DNA from: Eledone cirrhosa
Taxonomy: Eukaryota
Assembly: GCA_964016885.1 (NCBI GenBank)
Contig: OZ024764.1
Coordinates: forward strand, 18,228,001-18,292,000
Reading direction: 5' to 3'
DNA: 64,000 nucleotides
In this document: positions 40,301-52,300 of the stretch, in pieces
How positions within the stretch are numbered: the first letter of the stretch is position 1
How the letters are laid out: the number at the start of each line of letters is the position of its first letter
Notes under the pieces: model-generated
What the model was told of the DNA's origin: nothing
The model's input: only the letters and a program-made list of their open reading frames with translations
Databases searched by the model: none
Position numbers and translations under genes: made by a program

Positions 40301-43300
40301 CTGGAGGTTTGTGGGTCTCTGTGAGGGTGTGTAGGTCTCTGTGTGAAGGTCTGGAGGTTTGTGGGTCTCTGTGAAGGTCTGTAGGTCTCTGTGTGAAGGT
40401 CTGGAGGTTTGTAGGTCTCTGTGAGGGTCTGTAGGTCTCTGTGTGAAGGTCTGGAGGTTTGTGGGTCTCTGTGAGGGTCTGTAAGTCTCTGTGTGACGGT
40501 CTGGAGGTTTGTGGGTCTCTGTGAGAGTTTGTAGGTCTCTGTGTGAAGGTCTGTAGGTTTGTGGGTCTCTGTGAGGGTCTGTAGGTCTCTGTGTGAAGGT
40601 CTGGAGGTTTGTGGGTCTCTGTGAGGGTCTGTAGGTCTCTGTGTGAAGGTCTGGAGGTTTGTGGGTCTCTGTGAAGGTCTGTAGGTCTCTGTGTGTAGGT
40701 CTGGAGGTTTGTGGGTCTCTGTGAGGGTCTGTAGGTCTCTGTGTGAAGGTCTGGAGGTTTGTGGGTCTCTGTGAAGGTCTGTAGGTCTCTGTGTGAAGGT
40801 CTGGAGGGTTGTGGGTCTCTTTGAGGGTCTGTAGGTCTCTGTGTGAAGGTCTGGAGGTTTGTGGGTCTCTGTGAAGGTCTGTAGGTCTCTGTGTGAAGGT
40901 CTGGAGGTTTGTGGGTCTCTGTGAGGGTCTGTAGGTCTCTCTGTGAAGGTCTGGAGGTTTGTGAGGGTCTGTAGGTCTCTGTGTGAAGGTCTGGAGGTTT
41001 GTAGGTCTCTGTGAGAGTTTGTAGGTCTCTGTGTGAAGGTCTGGAGGTTTGTGGGTCTCTGTGAGGGTCTGTAGGTCTCCGTGTGAAGGTCTGGAGGTTT
41101 GTGGGTCTCTGTGAGGGTCTGTAGGTCTCTGTGTGAAGGTCTGAAGGTTTGTGGGTCCCTGTGAAGGTCTGGAGGTTTGTAGGTCTCTGTGAGGGTCTGT
41201 AGGTCTCTGTGTGAAGGTCTGGAGGTTTGTGGGTCTCTGTGAGAGTTTGTAGGTCTCTGTGTGAAGGTCTGGAGGTTTGTGGGTCTCTGTGAGGGTCTGT
41301 AGGTCTCTGTGTGAAGGTCTGGATGTTTGTGGGTCTCTGTGAGGGTCTGTAGGTCTCTGTGTGAAGGTCTGGAGGTTTGTGGGTCTCTGTGAAGGTCTGT
41401 AGGTCTCTGTGTGAAGGTCTGGAGGTTTGTGGGCCTCTGTGAGGGTCTGTAGGTCTCTGTGTGAAGGTCTGGAGGTTTGTGGGTCTCTGTGAAGGTCTGT
41501 GGGTCTCTGTGTGAAGGTCTGGAGGTTTGTGGGTCTCTGTGAGGGTCTGTAGGTCTCTGTGTGAAGGTCTGGAGGTTTGTGGGTCTCTGTGAGGGTCTGT
41601 AGGTCTCTGTGTGAAGGTTTGGAGGTTTGTGGGTCCCTGTGAAGGTCTGTAGGTCTCTGTGTGAAGGTCTGGAGGTTTGTGGGTCTCTGTGTGAAGGTCT
41701 GGAGGTTTGTGGGTCTCTGTGTGAGTTTGTAGGTCTCTGTGTGAAGGTCTGGAGGTTTGTGGGTCTCTGTGAAGGTCTGTAGGTCTCTGTGTGAAGGTCT
41801 GGAGGTTTGTGGGTCTCTGTGAGGGTCTGTAGGTCTCTGTGTGAAGGTCTGGAGGTTTGTGGGTCTCTGTGAAGGTCTGTAGGTCTCTGTGTGAAGGTCT
41901 GGAGGTTTGTGGGTCTCTGTGAGGGTCTGTAGGTCTCTCTGTGAAGGTCTGGAGGTTTGTGAGGGTCTGTAAGTCTCTGTGTGAAGGCCTGGAGGTTTGT
42001 AGGTCTCGTTGAGGGTCTGTAGGTCTCTGTGTGAAGGTCTGGAGGTTTGTGGGTCTCTGTGAGGGTCTGTAGGTCTCTGTGTGAAGGTCTGGAGGTTTGT
42101 GGGTCTCTGTGAGAGTTTGTAGGTCTCTGTGTGAAGGTCTGGAGGTTTGTGGGTCTCTGTGAAGGTCTGTAGGTCTCTGTGTGTAGGTCTGGAGGTTTGT
42201 GGGTCTCTGTGAGGGTCTGTAGGTCTCTGTGTGAAGGTCTGGAAGTTTGTGGGTCTCTGTGAAGGTCTGTAGGTCTCTGTGTGAAGGTCTGGAGGTTTGT
42301 GGGTCTCTGTGAGGGTCTGTAGGTCTCTGTGTGAAGGTCTGGAGGTTTGTGGGTCTCTGTGAAGGTCTGTAGGTCTCTGTGTGAAGGTCTGGAGGTTTGT
42401 GGGTCTCTGTGAGGGTCTGTAGGTCTCTCTGTGAAGGTCTGGAGGTTTGTGAGGGTCTGTAGGTCTCTGTGTGAAGGTCTGGAGGTTTGTAGGTCTCTGT
42501 GAGAGTTTGTAGGTCTCTGTGTGAAGGTCTGGAGGTTTGTGGGTCTCTGTGAGGGTCTGTAGGTCTCCGTGTGAAGGTCTGGAGGTTTGTGGGTCTCTGT
42601 GAGGGTCTGTAGGTCTCTGTGTGAAGGTCTGGAGGTTTGTGGGTGCCTGTGAAGGTCTGGAGGTTTGTAGGTCTCTGTGAGGGTCTGTAGGTCTCCGTGT
42701 GAAGGTCTGGAGGTTTGTGGGTCTCTGTGAGGGTCTGTAGGTCTCTGTGTGAAGGTCTGGAGGTTTGTGGATCTCTGTCAGGGTCTGTAGGTCTCTGTGT
42801 GAAGGTCTGGAGGTTTGTGGGTCTCTGTGAGGGTCTGTAGGTCTCTGTGTGAAGGTCTGGAGGTTTGTGGGTGCCTGTGAAGGTCTGGAGGTTTGTGGGT
42901 CTCTGTGAGGGTCTGTAGGTCTCTGTGTGAAGGTCTGGAGGTTTGTGGGTCTCTGTGAGGGTCTGTAGGTCTCTGTGTGAAGGTCTGGAGGTTTGTGGGT
43001 CTCTGTGAAGGTCTGTGGGTCTCTGTGTGAAGGTCTGGAGGTTTGTAGGTCACTGTGAGGGTCTGTAGGTCTCTGTGTGAAGGTCTGGAGGTTTGTGGGT
43101 CTCTGTGAGGGTCTGTAGGTCTCCGTGTGAAGGTCTGGAGGTTTGTAGGTCTCTGTGAAGGTCTGTAGGTCTCTGTGTGAAGGTCTGGAGGATTGTGGGT
43201 CTCTGTGAGGGTCTGTAGGTCTCTGTGTGACGGTCTGGAGGTTTGTAGGTCTCTGTGAAGGTCTGTAGGTCTCTGTGTGAAGGTCTGGAGGTTTGTGGGT

Positions 43301-46300
43301 CTCTGTAGGTCTCTGTGTGAAGGTCTGGAGGTTTGTGGGTCTCTGTGAGGGTCTGTAGGTCTCTGTGTGAAGGTCTGGAGGTTTGTGGGTCTCTGTGAAG
43401 GTCTGTAGGTCTCTGTGTGAAGGTCTGGAGGTTTGTAGGTCTCTGTGAGGGTCTGTAGGTCTCTGTGTGAAGGTCTGGAGGTTTGTGGGTCTCTGTGAGG
43501 GTCTGTAGGTCTCTGTGTGAAGGTCTGGAGGTTTGTGGGTCTCTGTAAAGGTCTGTAGGTCTCTTTGTGAAGGTCTGGAGGTTTGTGGGTCTCTGTGAGG
43601 GTCTGTAGGTCTCTGTGTGAAGGTCTGGAGGTTTGTGGGTCTCTGTGAGGGTCTGTAGGTCTCTGTGTGAAGGTCTGGAGGTTTGTGGGTCCCTGTGAAG
43701 GTCTGTAGGTCTCTGTGTGAAGGTCTGGAGGTTTGTGGGTCTCTGTGTGAAGGTCTGGAGGTTTGTGGGTCTCTGTGAGAGTTTGTAGGTCTCTGTGTGA
43801 AGGTCTGGAGGTTTGTGGGTCTCTGTGAAGGTCTGTAGGTCTCTGTGTGAAGGTCTGGAGGTTTGTGGGTCTCTGTGAGGGTCTGTAGGTCTCTGTGTGA
43901 AGGTCTGGAGGTTTGTGGGTCTCTGTGAAGGTCTGTAGGTCTCTGTGTGAAGGTCTGGAGGTTTGTGGGTCTCTGTGAGGGTCTGTAGGTCTCTCTGTGA
44001 AGGTCTGGAGGTTTGTGAGGGTCTGTAAGTCTCTGTGTGAAGGCCTGGAGGTTTGTAGGTCTCGTTGAGGGTCTGTAGGTCTCTGTGTGAAGGTCTGGAG
44101 GTTTGTGGGTCTCTGTGAGGGTCTGTAGGTCTCTGTGTGAAGGTCTGGAGGTTTGTGGGTCTCTGTGAGAGTTTGTAGGTCTCTGTGTGAAGGTCTGGAG
44201 GTTTGTGGGTCTCTGTGAAGGTCTGTAGGTCTCTGTGTGTAGGTCTGGAGGTTTGTGGGTCTCTGTGAGGGTCTGTAGGTCTCTGTGTGAAGGTCTGGAA
44301 GTTTGTGGGTCTCTGTGAAGGTCTGTAGGTCTCTGTGTGAAGGTCTGGAGGTTTGTGGGTCTCTGTGAGGGTCTGTAGGTCTCTGTGTGAAGGTCTGGAG
44401 GTTTGTGGGTCTCTGTGAAGGTCTGTAGGTCTCTGTGTGAAGGTCTGGAGGTTTGTGGGTCTCTGTGAGGGTCTGTAGGTCTCTCTGTGAAGGTCTGGAG
44501 GTTTGTGAGGGTCTGTAGGTCTCTGTGTGAAGGTCTGGAGGTTTGTAGGTCTCTGTGAGAGTTTGTAGGTCTCTGTGTGAAGGTCTGGAGGTTTGTGGGT
44601 CTCTGTGAGGGTCTGTAGGTCTCCGTGTGAAGGTCTGGAGGTTTGTGGGTCTCTGTGAGGGTCTGTAGGTCTCTGTGTGAAGGTCTGGAGGTTTGTGGGT
44701 GCCTGTGAAGGTCTGGAGGTTTGTAGGTCTCTGTGAGGGTCTGTAGGTCTCCGTGTGAAGGTCTGGAGGTTTGTGGGTCTCTGTGAGGGTCTGTAGGTCT
44801 CTGTGTGAAGGTCTGGAGGTTTGTGGATCTCTGTCAGGGTCTATAGGTCTCTGTGTGAAGGTCTGGAGGTTTGTGGGTCTCTGTGAGGGTCTGTAGGTCT
44901 CTGTGTGAAGGTCTGGAGGTTTGTGGGTGCCTGTGAAGGTCTGGAGGTTTGTGGGTCTCTGTGAGGGTCTGTAGGTCTCTGTGTGAAGGTCTGGAGGTTT
45001 GTGGGTCTCTGTGAAGGTCTGTAGGTCTCTGTGTGAAGGTCTGGAGGTTTGTGGGCCTCTGTGAGGGTCTGTAGGTCTCTGTGTGAAGGTCTGGAGGTTT
45101 GTGGATGTCTGTGAAGGTCTGTGGGTCTCTGTGTGAAGGTCTGGAGGTTTGTAGGTCACTGTGAGGGTCTGTAGGTCTCTGTGTGAAGGTCTGGAGGTTT
45201 GTGGGTCTCTGTGAGGGTCTGTAGGTCTCTCTGTGAAGGTCTGGAGGTTTGTGAGGGTCTGTAAGTCTCTGTGTGAAGGCCTGGAGGTTTGTAGGTCTCG
45301 TTGAGGGTCTGTAGGTCTCTGTGTGAAGGTCTGGAGGTTTGTGGGTCTCTGTGAGGGTCTGTAGGTCTCTGTGTGAAGGTCTGGAGGTTTGTGGGTCTCT
45401 GTGAGAGTTTGTAGGTCTCTGTGTGAAGGTCTGGAGGTTTGTGGGTCTCTGTGAAGGTCTGTAGGTCTCTGTGTGTAGGTCTGGAGGTTTGTGGGTCTCT
45501 GTGAGGGTCTGTAGGTCTCTGTGTGAAGGTCTGGAAGTTTGTGGGTCTCTGTGAAGGTCTGTAGGTCTCTGTGTGAAGGTCTGGAGGTTTGTGGGTCTCT
45601 GTGAGGGTCTGTAGGTCTCTGTGTGAAGGTCTGGAGGTTTGTGGGTCTCTGTGAAGGTCTGTAGGTCTCTGTGTGAAGGTCTGGAGGTTTGTGGGTCTCT
45701 GTGAGGGTCTGTAGGTCTCTCTGTGAAGGTCTGGAGGTTTGTGAGGGTCTGTAGGTCTCTGTGTGAAGGTCTGGAGGTTTGTAGGTCTCTGTGAGAGTTT
45801 GTAGGTCTCTGTGTGAAGGTCTGGAGGTTTGTGGGTCTCTGTGAGGGTCTGTAGGTCTCCGTGTGAAGGTCTGGAGGTTTGTGGGTCTCTGTGAGGGTCT
45901 GTAGGTCTCTGTGTGAAGGTCTGGAGGTTTGTGGGTGCCTGTGAAGGTCTGGAGGTTTGTAGGTCTCTGTGAGGGTCTGTAGGTCTCCGTGTGAAGGTCT
46001 GGAGGTTTGTGGGTCTCTGTGAGGGTCTGTAGGTCTCTGTGTGAAGGTCTGGAGGTTTGTGGATCTCTGTCAGGGTCTGTAGGTCTCTGTGTGAAGGTCT
46101 GGAGGTTTGTGGGTCTCTGTGAGGGTCTGTAGGTCTCTGTGTGAAGGTCTGGAGGTTTGTGGGTGCCTGTGAAGGTCTGGAGGTTTGTGGGTCTCTGTGA
46201 GGGTCTGTAGGTCTCTGTGTGAAGGTCTGGAGGTTTGTGGGTCTCTGTGAAGGTCTGTAGGTCTCTGTGTGAAGGTCTGGAGGTTTGTGGGTCTCTGTGA

Positions 46301-49300
46301 GGGTCTGTAGGTCTCTGTGTGAAGGTCTGGAGGTTTGTGGGTGCCTGTGAAGGTCTGGAGGTTTGTAGGTCTCTGTGAGGGTCTGTAGGTCTCCGTGTGA
46401 AGGTCTGGAGGTTTGTGGGTCTCTGTGAGGGTCTGTAGGTCTCTGTGTGAAGGTCTGGAGGTTTGTGGATCTCTGTCAGGGTCTGTAGGTCTCTGTGTGA
46501 AGGTCTGGAGGTTTGTGGGTCTCTGTGAGGGTCTGTAGGTCTCTGTGTGAAGGTCTGGAGGTTTGTGGGTGCCTGTGAAGGTCTGGAGGTTTGTGGGTCT
46601 CTGTGAGGGTCTGTAGGTCTCTGTGTGAAGGTCTGGAGGTTTGTGGGTCTCTGTGAGGGTCTGTAGGTCTCTGTGTGAAGGTCTGGAGGTTTGTGGGTCT
46701 CTGTGAAGGTCTGTGGGTCTCTGTGTGAAGGTCTGGAGGTTTGTAGGTCACTGTGAGGGTCTGTAGGTCTCTGTGTGAAGGTCTGGAGGTTTGTGGGTCT
46801 CTGTGAGGGTCTGTAGGTCTCCGTGTGAAGGTCTGGAGGTTTGTAGGTCTCTGTGAAGGTCTGTAGGTCTCTGTGTGAAGGTCTGGAGGATTGTGGGTCT
46901 CTGTGAGGGTCTGTAGGTCTCTGTGTGACGGTCTGGAGGTTTGTAGGTCTCTGTGAAGGTCTGTAGGTCTCTGTGTGAAGGTCTGGAGGTTTGTGGGTCT
47001 CTGTAGGTCTCTGTGTGAAGGTCTGGAGGTTTGTGGGTCTCTGTGAGGGTCTGTAGGTCTCTGTGTGAAGGTCTGGAGGTTTGTGGGTCTCTGTGAAGGT
47101 CTGTAGGTCTCTGTGTGAAGGTCTGGAGGTTTGTAGGTCTCTGTGAGGGTCTGTAGGTCTCTGTGTGAAGGTCTGGAGGTTTGTGGGTCTCTGTGAGGGT
47201 CTGTAGGTCTCTGTGTGAAGGTCTGGAGGTTTGTGGGTCTCTGTAAAGGTCTGTAGGTCTCTTTGTGAAGGTCTGGAGGTTTGTGGGTCTCTGTGAGGGT
47301 CTGTAGGTCTCTGTGTGAAGGTCTGGAGGTTTGTGGGTCTCTGTGAGGGTCTGTAGGTCTCTGTGTGAAGGTCTGGAGGTTTGTGGGTCCCTGTGAAGGT
47401 CTGTAGGTCTCTGTGTGAAGGTCTGGAGGTTTGTGGGTCTCTGTGTGAAGGTCTGGAGGTTTGTGGGTCTCTGTGAGAGTTTGTAGGTCTCTGTGTGAAG
47501 GTCTGGAGGTTTGTGGGTCTCTGTGAAGGTCTGTAGGTCTCTGTGTGAAGGTCTGGAGGTTTGTGGGTCTCTGTGAGGGTCTGTAGGTCTCTGTGTGAAG
47601 GTCTGGAGGTTTGTGGGTCTCTGTGAAGGTCTGTAGGTCTCTGTGTGAAGGTCTGGAGGTTTGTGGGTCTCTGTGAGGGTCTGTAGGTCTCTCTGTGAAG
47701 GTCTGGAGGTTTGTGAGGGTCTGTAAGTCTCTGTGTGAAGGCCTGGAGGTTTGTAGGTCTCGTTGAGGGTCTGTAGGTCTCTGTGTGAAGGTCTGGAGGT
47801 TTGTGGGTCTCTGTGAGGGTCTGTAGGTCTCTGTGTGAAGGTCTGGAGGTTTGTGGGTCTCTGTGAGAGTTTGTAGGTCTCTGTGTGAAGGTCTGGAGGT
47901 TTGTGGGTCTCTGTGAAGGTCTGTAGGTCTCTGTGTGTAGGTCTGGAGGTTTGTGGGTCTCTGTGAGGGTCTGTAGGTCTCTGTGTGAAGGTCTGGAAGT
48001 TTGTGGGTCTCTGTGAAGGTCTGTAGGTCTCTGTGTGAAGGTCTGGAGGTTTGTGGGTCTCTGTGAGGGTCTGTAGGTCTCTGTGTGAAGGTCTGGAGGT
48101 TTGTGGGTCTCTGTGAAGGTCTGTAGGTCTCTGTGTGAAGGTCTGGAGGTTTGTGGGTCTCTGTGAGGGTCTGTAGGTCTCTCTGTGAAGGTCTGGAGGT
48201 TTGTGAGGGTCTGTAGGTCTCTGTGTGAAGGTCTGGAGGTTTGTAGGTCTCTGTGAGAGTTTGTAGGTCTCTGTGTGAAGGTCTGGAGGTTTGTGGGTCT
48301 CTGTGAGGGTCTGTAGGTCTCCGTGTGAAGGTCTGGAGGTTTGTGGGTCTCTGTGAGGGTCTGTAGGTCTCTGTGTGAAGGTCTGGAGGTTTGTGGGTGC
48401 CTGTGAAGGTCTGGAGGTTTGTAGGTCTCTGTGAGGGTCTGTAGGTCTCCGTGTGAAGGTCTGGAGGTTTGTGGGTCTCTGTGAGGGTCTGTAGGTCTCT
48501 GTGTGAAGGTCTGGAGGTTTGTGGATCTCTGTCAGGGTCTATAGGTCTCTGTGTGAAGGTCTGGAGGTTTGTGGGTCTCTGTGAGGGTCTGTAGGTCTCT
48601 GTGTGAAGGTCTGGAGGTTTGTGGGTGCCTGTGAAGGTCTGGAGGTTTGTGGGTCTCTGTGAGGGTCTGTAGGTCTCTGTGTGAAGGTCTGGAGGTTTGT
48701 GGGTCTCTGTGAAGGTCTGTAGGTCTCTGTGTGAAGGTCTGGAGGTTTGTGGGCCTCTGTGAGGGTCTGTAGGTCTCTGTGTGAAGGTCTGGAGGTTTGT
48801 GGATGTCTGTGAAGGTCTGTGGGTCTCTGTGTGAAGGTCTGGAGGTTTGTAGGTCACTGTGAGGGTCTGTAGGTCTCTGTGTGAAGGTCTGGAGGTTTGT
48901 GGGTCTCTGTGAGGGTCTGTAGGTCTCTCTGTGAAGGTCTGGAGGTTTGTGAGGGTCTGTAAGTCTCTGTGTGAAGGCCTGGAGGTTTGTAGGTCTCGTT
49001 GAGGGTCTGTAGGTCTCTGTGTGAAGGTCTGGAGGTTTGTGGGTCTCTGTGAGGGTCTGTAGGTCTCTGTGTGAAGGTCTGGAGGTTTGTGGGTCTCTGT
49101 GAGAGTTTGTAGGTCTCTGTGTGAAGGTCTGGAGGTTTGTGGGTCTCTGTGAAGGTCTGTAGGTCTCTGTGTGTAGGTCTGGAGGTTTGTGGGTCTCTGT
49201 GAGGGTCTGTAGGTCTCTGTGTGAAGGTCTGGAAGTTTGTGGGTCTCTGTGAAGGTCTGTAGGTCTCTGTGTGAAGGTCTGGAGGTTTGTGGGTCTCTGT

Positions 49301-52300
49301 GAGGGTCTGTAGGTCTCTGTGTGAAGGTCTGGAGGTTTGTGGGTCTCTGTGAAGGTCTGTAGGTCTCTGTGTGAAGGTCTGGAGGTTTGTGGGTCTCTGT
49401 GAGGGTCTGTAGGTCTCTCTGTGAAGGTCTGGAGGTTTGTGAGGGTCTGTAGGTCTCTGTGTGAAGGTCTGGAGGTTTGTAGGTCTCTGTGAGAGTTTGT
49501 AGGTCTCTGTGTGAAGGTCTGGAGGTTTGTGGGTCTCTGTGAGGGTCTGTAGGTCTCCGTGTGAAGGTCTGGAGGTTTGTGGGTCTCTGTGAGGGTCTGT
49601 AGGTCTCTGTGTGAAGGTCTGGAGGTTTGTGGGTGCCTGTGAAGGTCTGGAGGTTTGTAGGTCTCTGTGAGGGTCTGTAGGTCTCCGTGTGAAGGTCTGG
49701 AGGTTTGTGGGTCTCTGTGAGGGTCTGTAGGTCTCTGTGTGAAGGTCTGGAGGTTTGTGGATCTCTGTCAGGGTCTGTAGGTCTCTGTGTGAAGGTCTGG
49801 AGGTTTGTGGGTCTCTGTGAGGGTCTGTAGGTCTCTGTGTGAAGGTCTGGAGGTTTGTGGGTGCCTGTGAAGGTCTGGAGGTTTGTGGGTCTCTGTGAGG
49901 GTCTGTAGGTCTCTGTGTGAAGGTCTGGAGGTTTGTGGGTCTCTGTGAAGGTCTGTAGGTCTCTGTGTGAAGGTCTGGAGGTTTGTGGGCCTCTGTGAGG
50001 GTCTGTAGGTCTCTGTGTGAAGGTCTGGAGGTTTGTGGGTCTCTGTGAAGGTCTGTGGGTCTCTGTGTGAAGGTCTGGAGGTTTGTAGGTCACTGTGAGG
50101 GTCTGTAGGTCTCTGTGTGAAGGTCTGGAGGTTTGTGGGTCTCTGTGAGGGTCTGTAGGTCTCCGTGTGAAGGTCTGGAGGTTTGTAGGTCTCTGTGAAG
50201 GTCTGTAGGTCTCTGTGTGAAGGTCTGGAGGTTTGTGGGTCTCTGTGAGGGTCTGTAGGTCTCTGTGTGACGGTCTGGAGGTTTGTGGGTCTCTGTGAAG
50301 GTCTGTAGGTCTCTGTGTGAAGGTCTGGAGGTTTGTGGGTCTCTGTAGGTCTCTGTGTGAAGGTCTGGAGGTTTGTGGGTCTCTGTGAGGGTCTGTAGGT
50401 CTCTGTGTGAAGGTCTGGAGGTTTGTGGGTCTCTGTGAAGGTCTGTAGGTCTCTGTGTGAAGGTCTGGAGGTTTGTAGGTCTCTGTGAGGGTCTGTAGGT
50501 CTCTGTGTGAAGGTCTGGAGGTTTGTGGGTCTCTGTGAGGGTCTGTAGGTCTCTGTGTGAAGGTCTGGAGGTTTGTGGGTCTCTGTAAAGGTCTGTAGGT
50601 CTCTTTGTGAAGGTCTGGAGGTTTGTGGGTCTCTGTGAGGGTCTGTAGGTCTCTGTGTGAAGGTCTGGAGGTTTGTGGGTCTCTGTGAGGGTCTGTAGGT
50701 CTCTGTGTGAAGGTCTGGAGGTTTGTGGGTCCCTGTGAAGGTCTGTAGGTCTCTGTGTGAAGGTCTGGAGGTTTGTGGGTCTCTGTGTGAAGGTCTGGAG
50801 GTTTGTGGGTCTCTGTGAGAGTTTGTAGGTCTCTGTGTGAAGGTCTGGAGGTTTGTGGGTCTCTGTGAAGGTCTGTAGGTCTCTGTGTGAAGGTCTGGAG
50901 GTTTGTGGGTCTCTGTGAGGGTCTGTAGGTCTCTGTGTGAAGGTCTGGAGGTTTGTGGGTCTCTGTGAAGGTCTGTAGGTCTCTGTGTGAAGGTCTGGAG
51001 GTTTGTGGGTCTCTGTGAGGGTCTGTAGGTCTCTCTGTGAAGGTCTGGAGGTTTGTGAGGGTCTGTAAGTCTCTGTGTGAAGGCCTGGAGGTTTGTAGGT
51101 CTCGTTGAGGGTCTGTAGGTCTCTGTGTGAAGGTCTGGAGGTTTGTGGGTCTCTGTGAGGGTCTGTAGGTCTCTGTGTGAAGGTCTGGAGGTTTGTGGGT
51201 CTCTGTGAGAGTTTGTAGGTCTCTGTGTGAAGGTCTGGAGGTTTGTGGGTCTCTGTGAAGGTCTGTAGGTCTCTGTGTGTAGGTCTGGAGGTTTGTGGGT
51301 CTCTGTGAGGGTCTGTAGGTCTCTGTGTGAAGGTCTGGAAGTTTGTGGGTCTCTGTGAAGGTCTGTAGGTCTCTGTGTGAAGGTCTGGAGGTTTGTGGGT
51401 CTCTGTGAGGGTCTGTAGGTCTCTGTGTGAAGGTCTGGAGGTTTGTGGGTCTCTGTGAAGGTCTGTAGGTCTCTGTGTGAAGGTCTGGAGGTTTGTGGGT
51501 CTCTGTGAGGGTCTGTAGGTCTCTCTGTGAAGGTCTGGAGGTTTGTGAGGGTCTGTAGGTCTCTGTGTGAAGGTCTGGAGGTTTGTAGGTCTCTGTGAGA
51601 GTTTGTAGGTCTCTGTGTGAAGGTCTGGAGGTTTGTGGGTCTCTGTGAGGGTCTGTAGGTCTCCGTGTGAAGGTCTGGAGGTTTGTGGGTCTCTGTGAGG
51701 GTCTGTAGGTCTCTGTGTGAAGGTCTGGAGGTTTGTGGGTGCCTGTGAAGGTCTGGAGGTTTGTAGGTCTCTGTGAGGGTCTGTAGGTCTCCGTGTGAAG
51801 GTCTGGAGGTTTGTGGGTCTCTGTGAGGGTCTGTAGGTCTCTGTGTGAAGGTCTGGAGGTTTGTGGATCTCTGTCAGGGTCTATAGGTCTCTGTGTGAAG
51901 GTCTGGAGGTTTGTGGGTCTCTGTGAGGGTCTGTAGGTCTCTGTGTGAAGGTCTGGAGGTTTGTGGGTGCCTGTGAAGGTCTGGAGGTTTGTGGGTCTCT
52001 GTGAGGGTCTGTAGGTCTCTGTGTGAAGGTCTGGAGGTTTGTGGGTCTCTGTGAAGGTCTGTAGGTCTCTGTGTGAAGGTCTGGAGGTTTGTGGGCCTCT
52101 GTGAGGGTCTGTAGGTCTCTGTGTGAAGGTCTGGAGGTTTGTGGGTCTCTGTGAAGGTCTGTGGGTCTCTGTGTGAAGGTCTGGAGGTTTGTAGGTCACT
52201 GTGAGGGTCTGTAGGTCTCTGTGTGAAGGTCTGGAGGTTTGTGGGTCTCTGTGAGGGTCTGTAGGTCTCCGTGTGAAGGTCTGGAGGTTTGTAGGTCTCT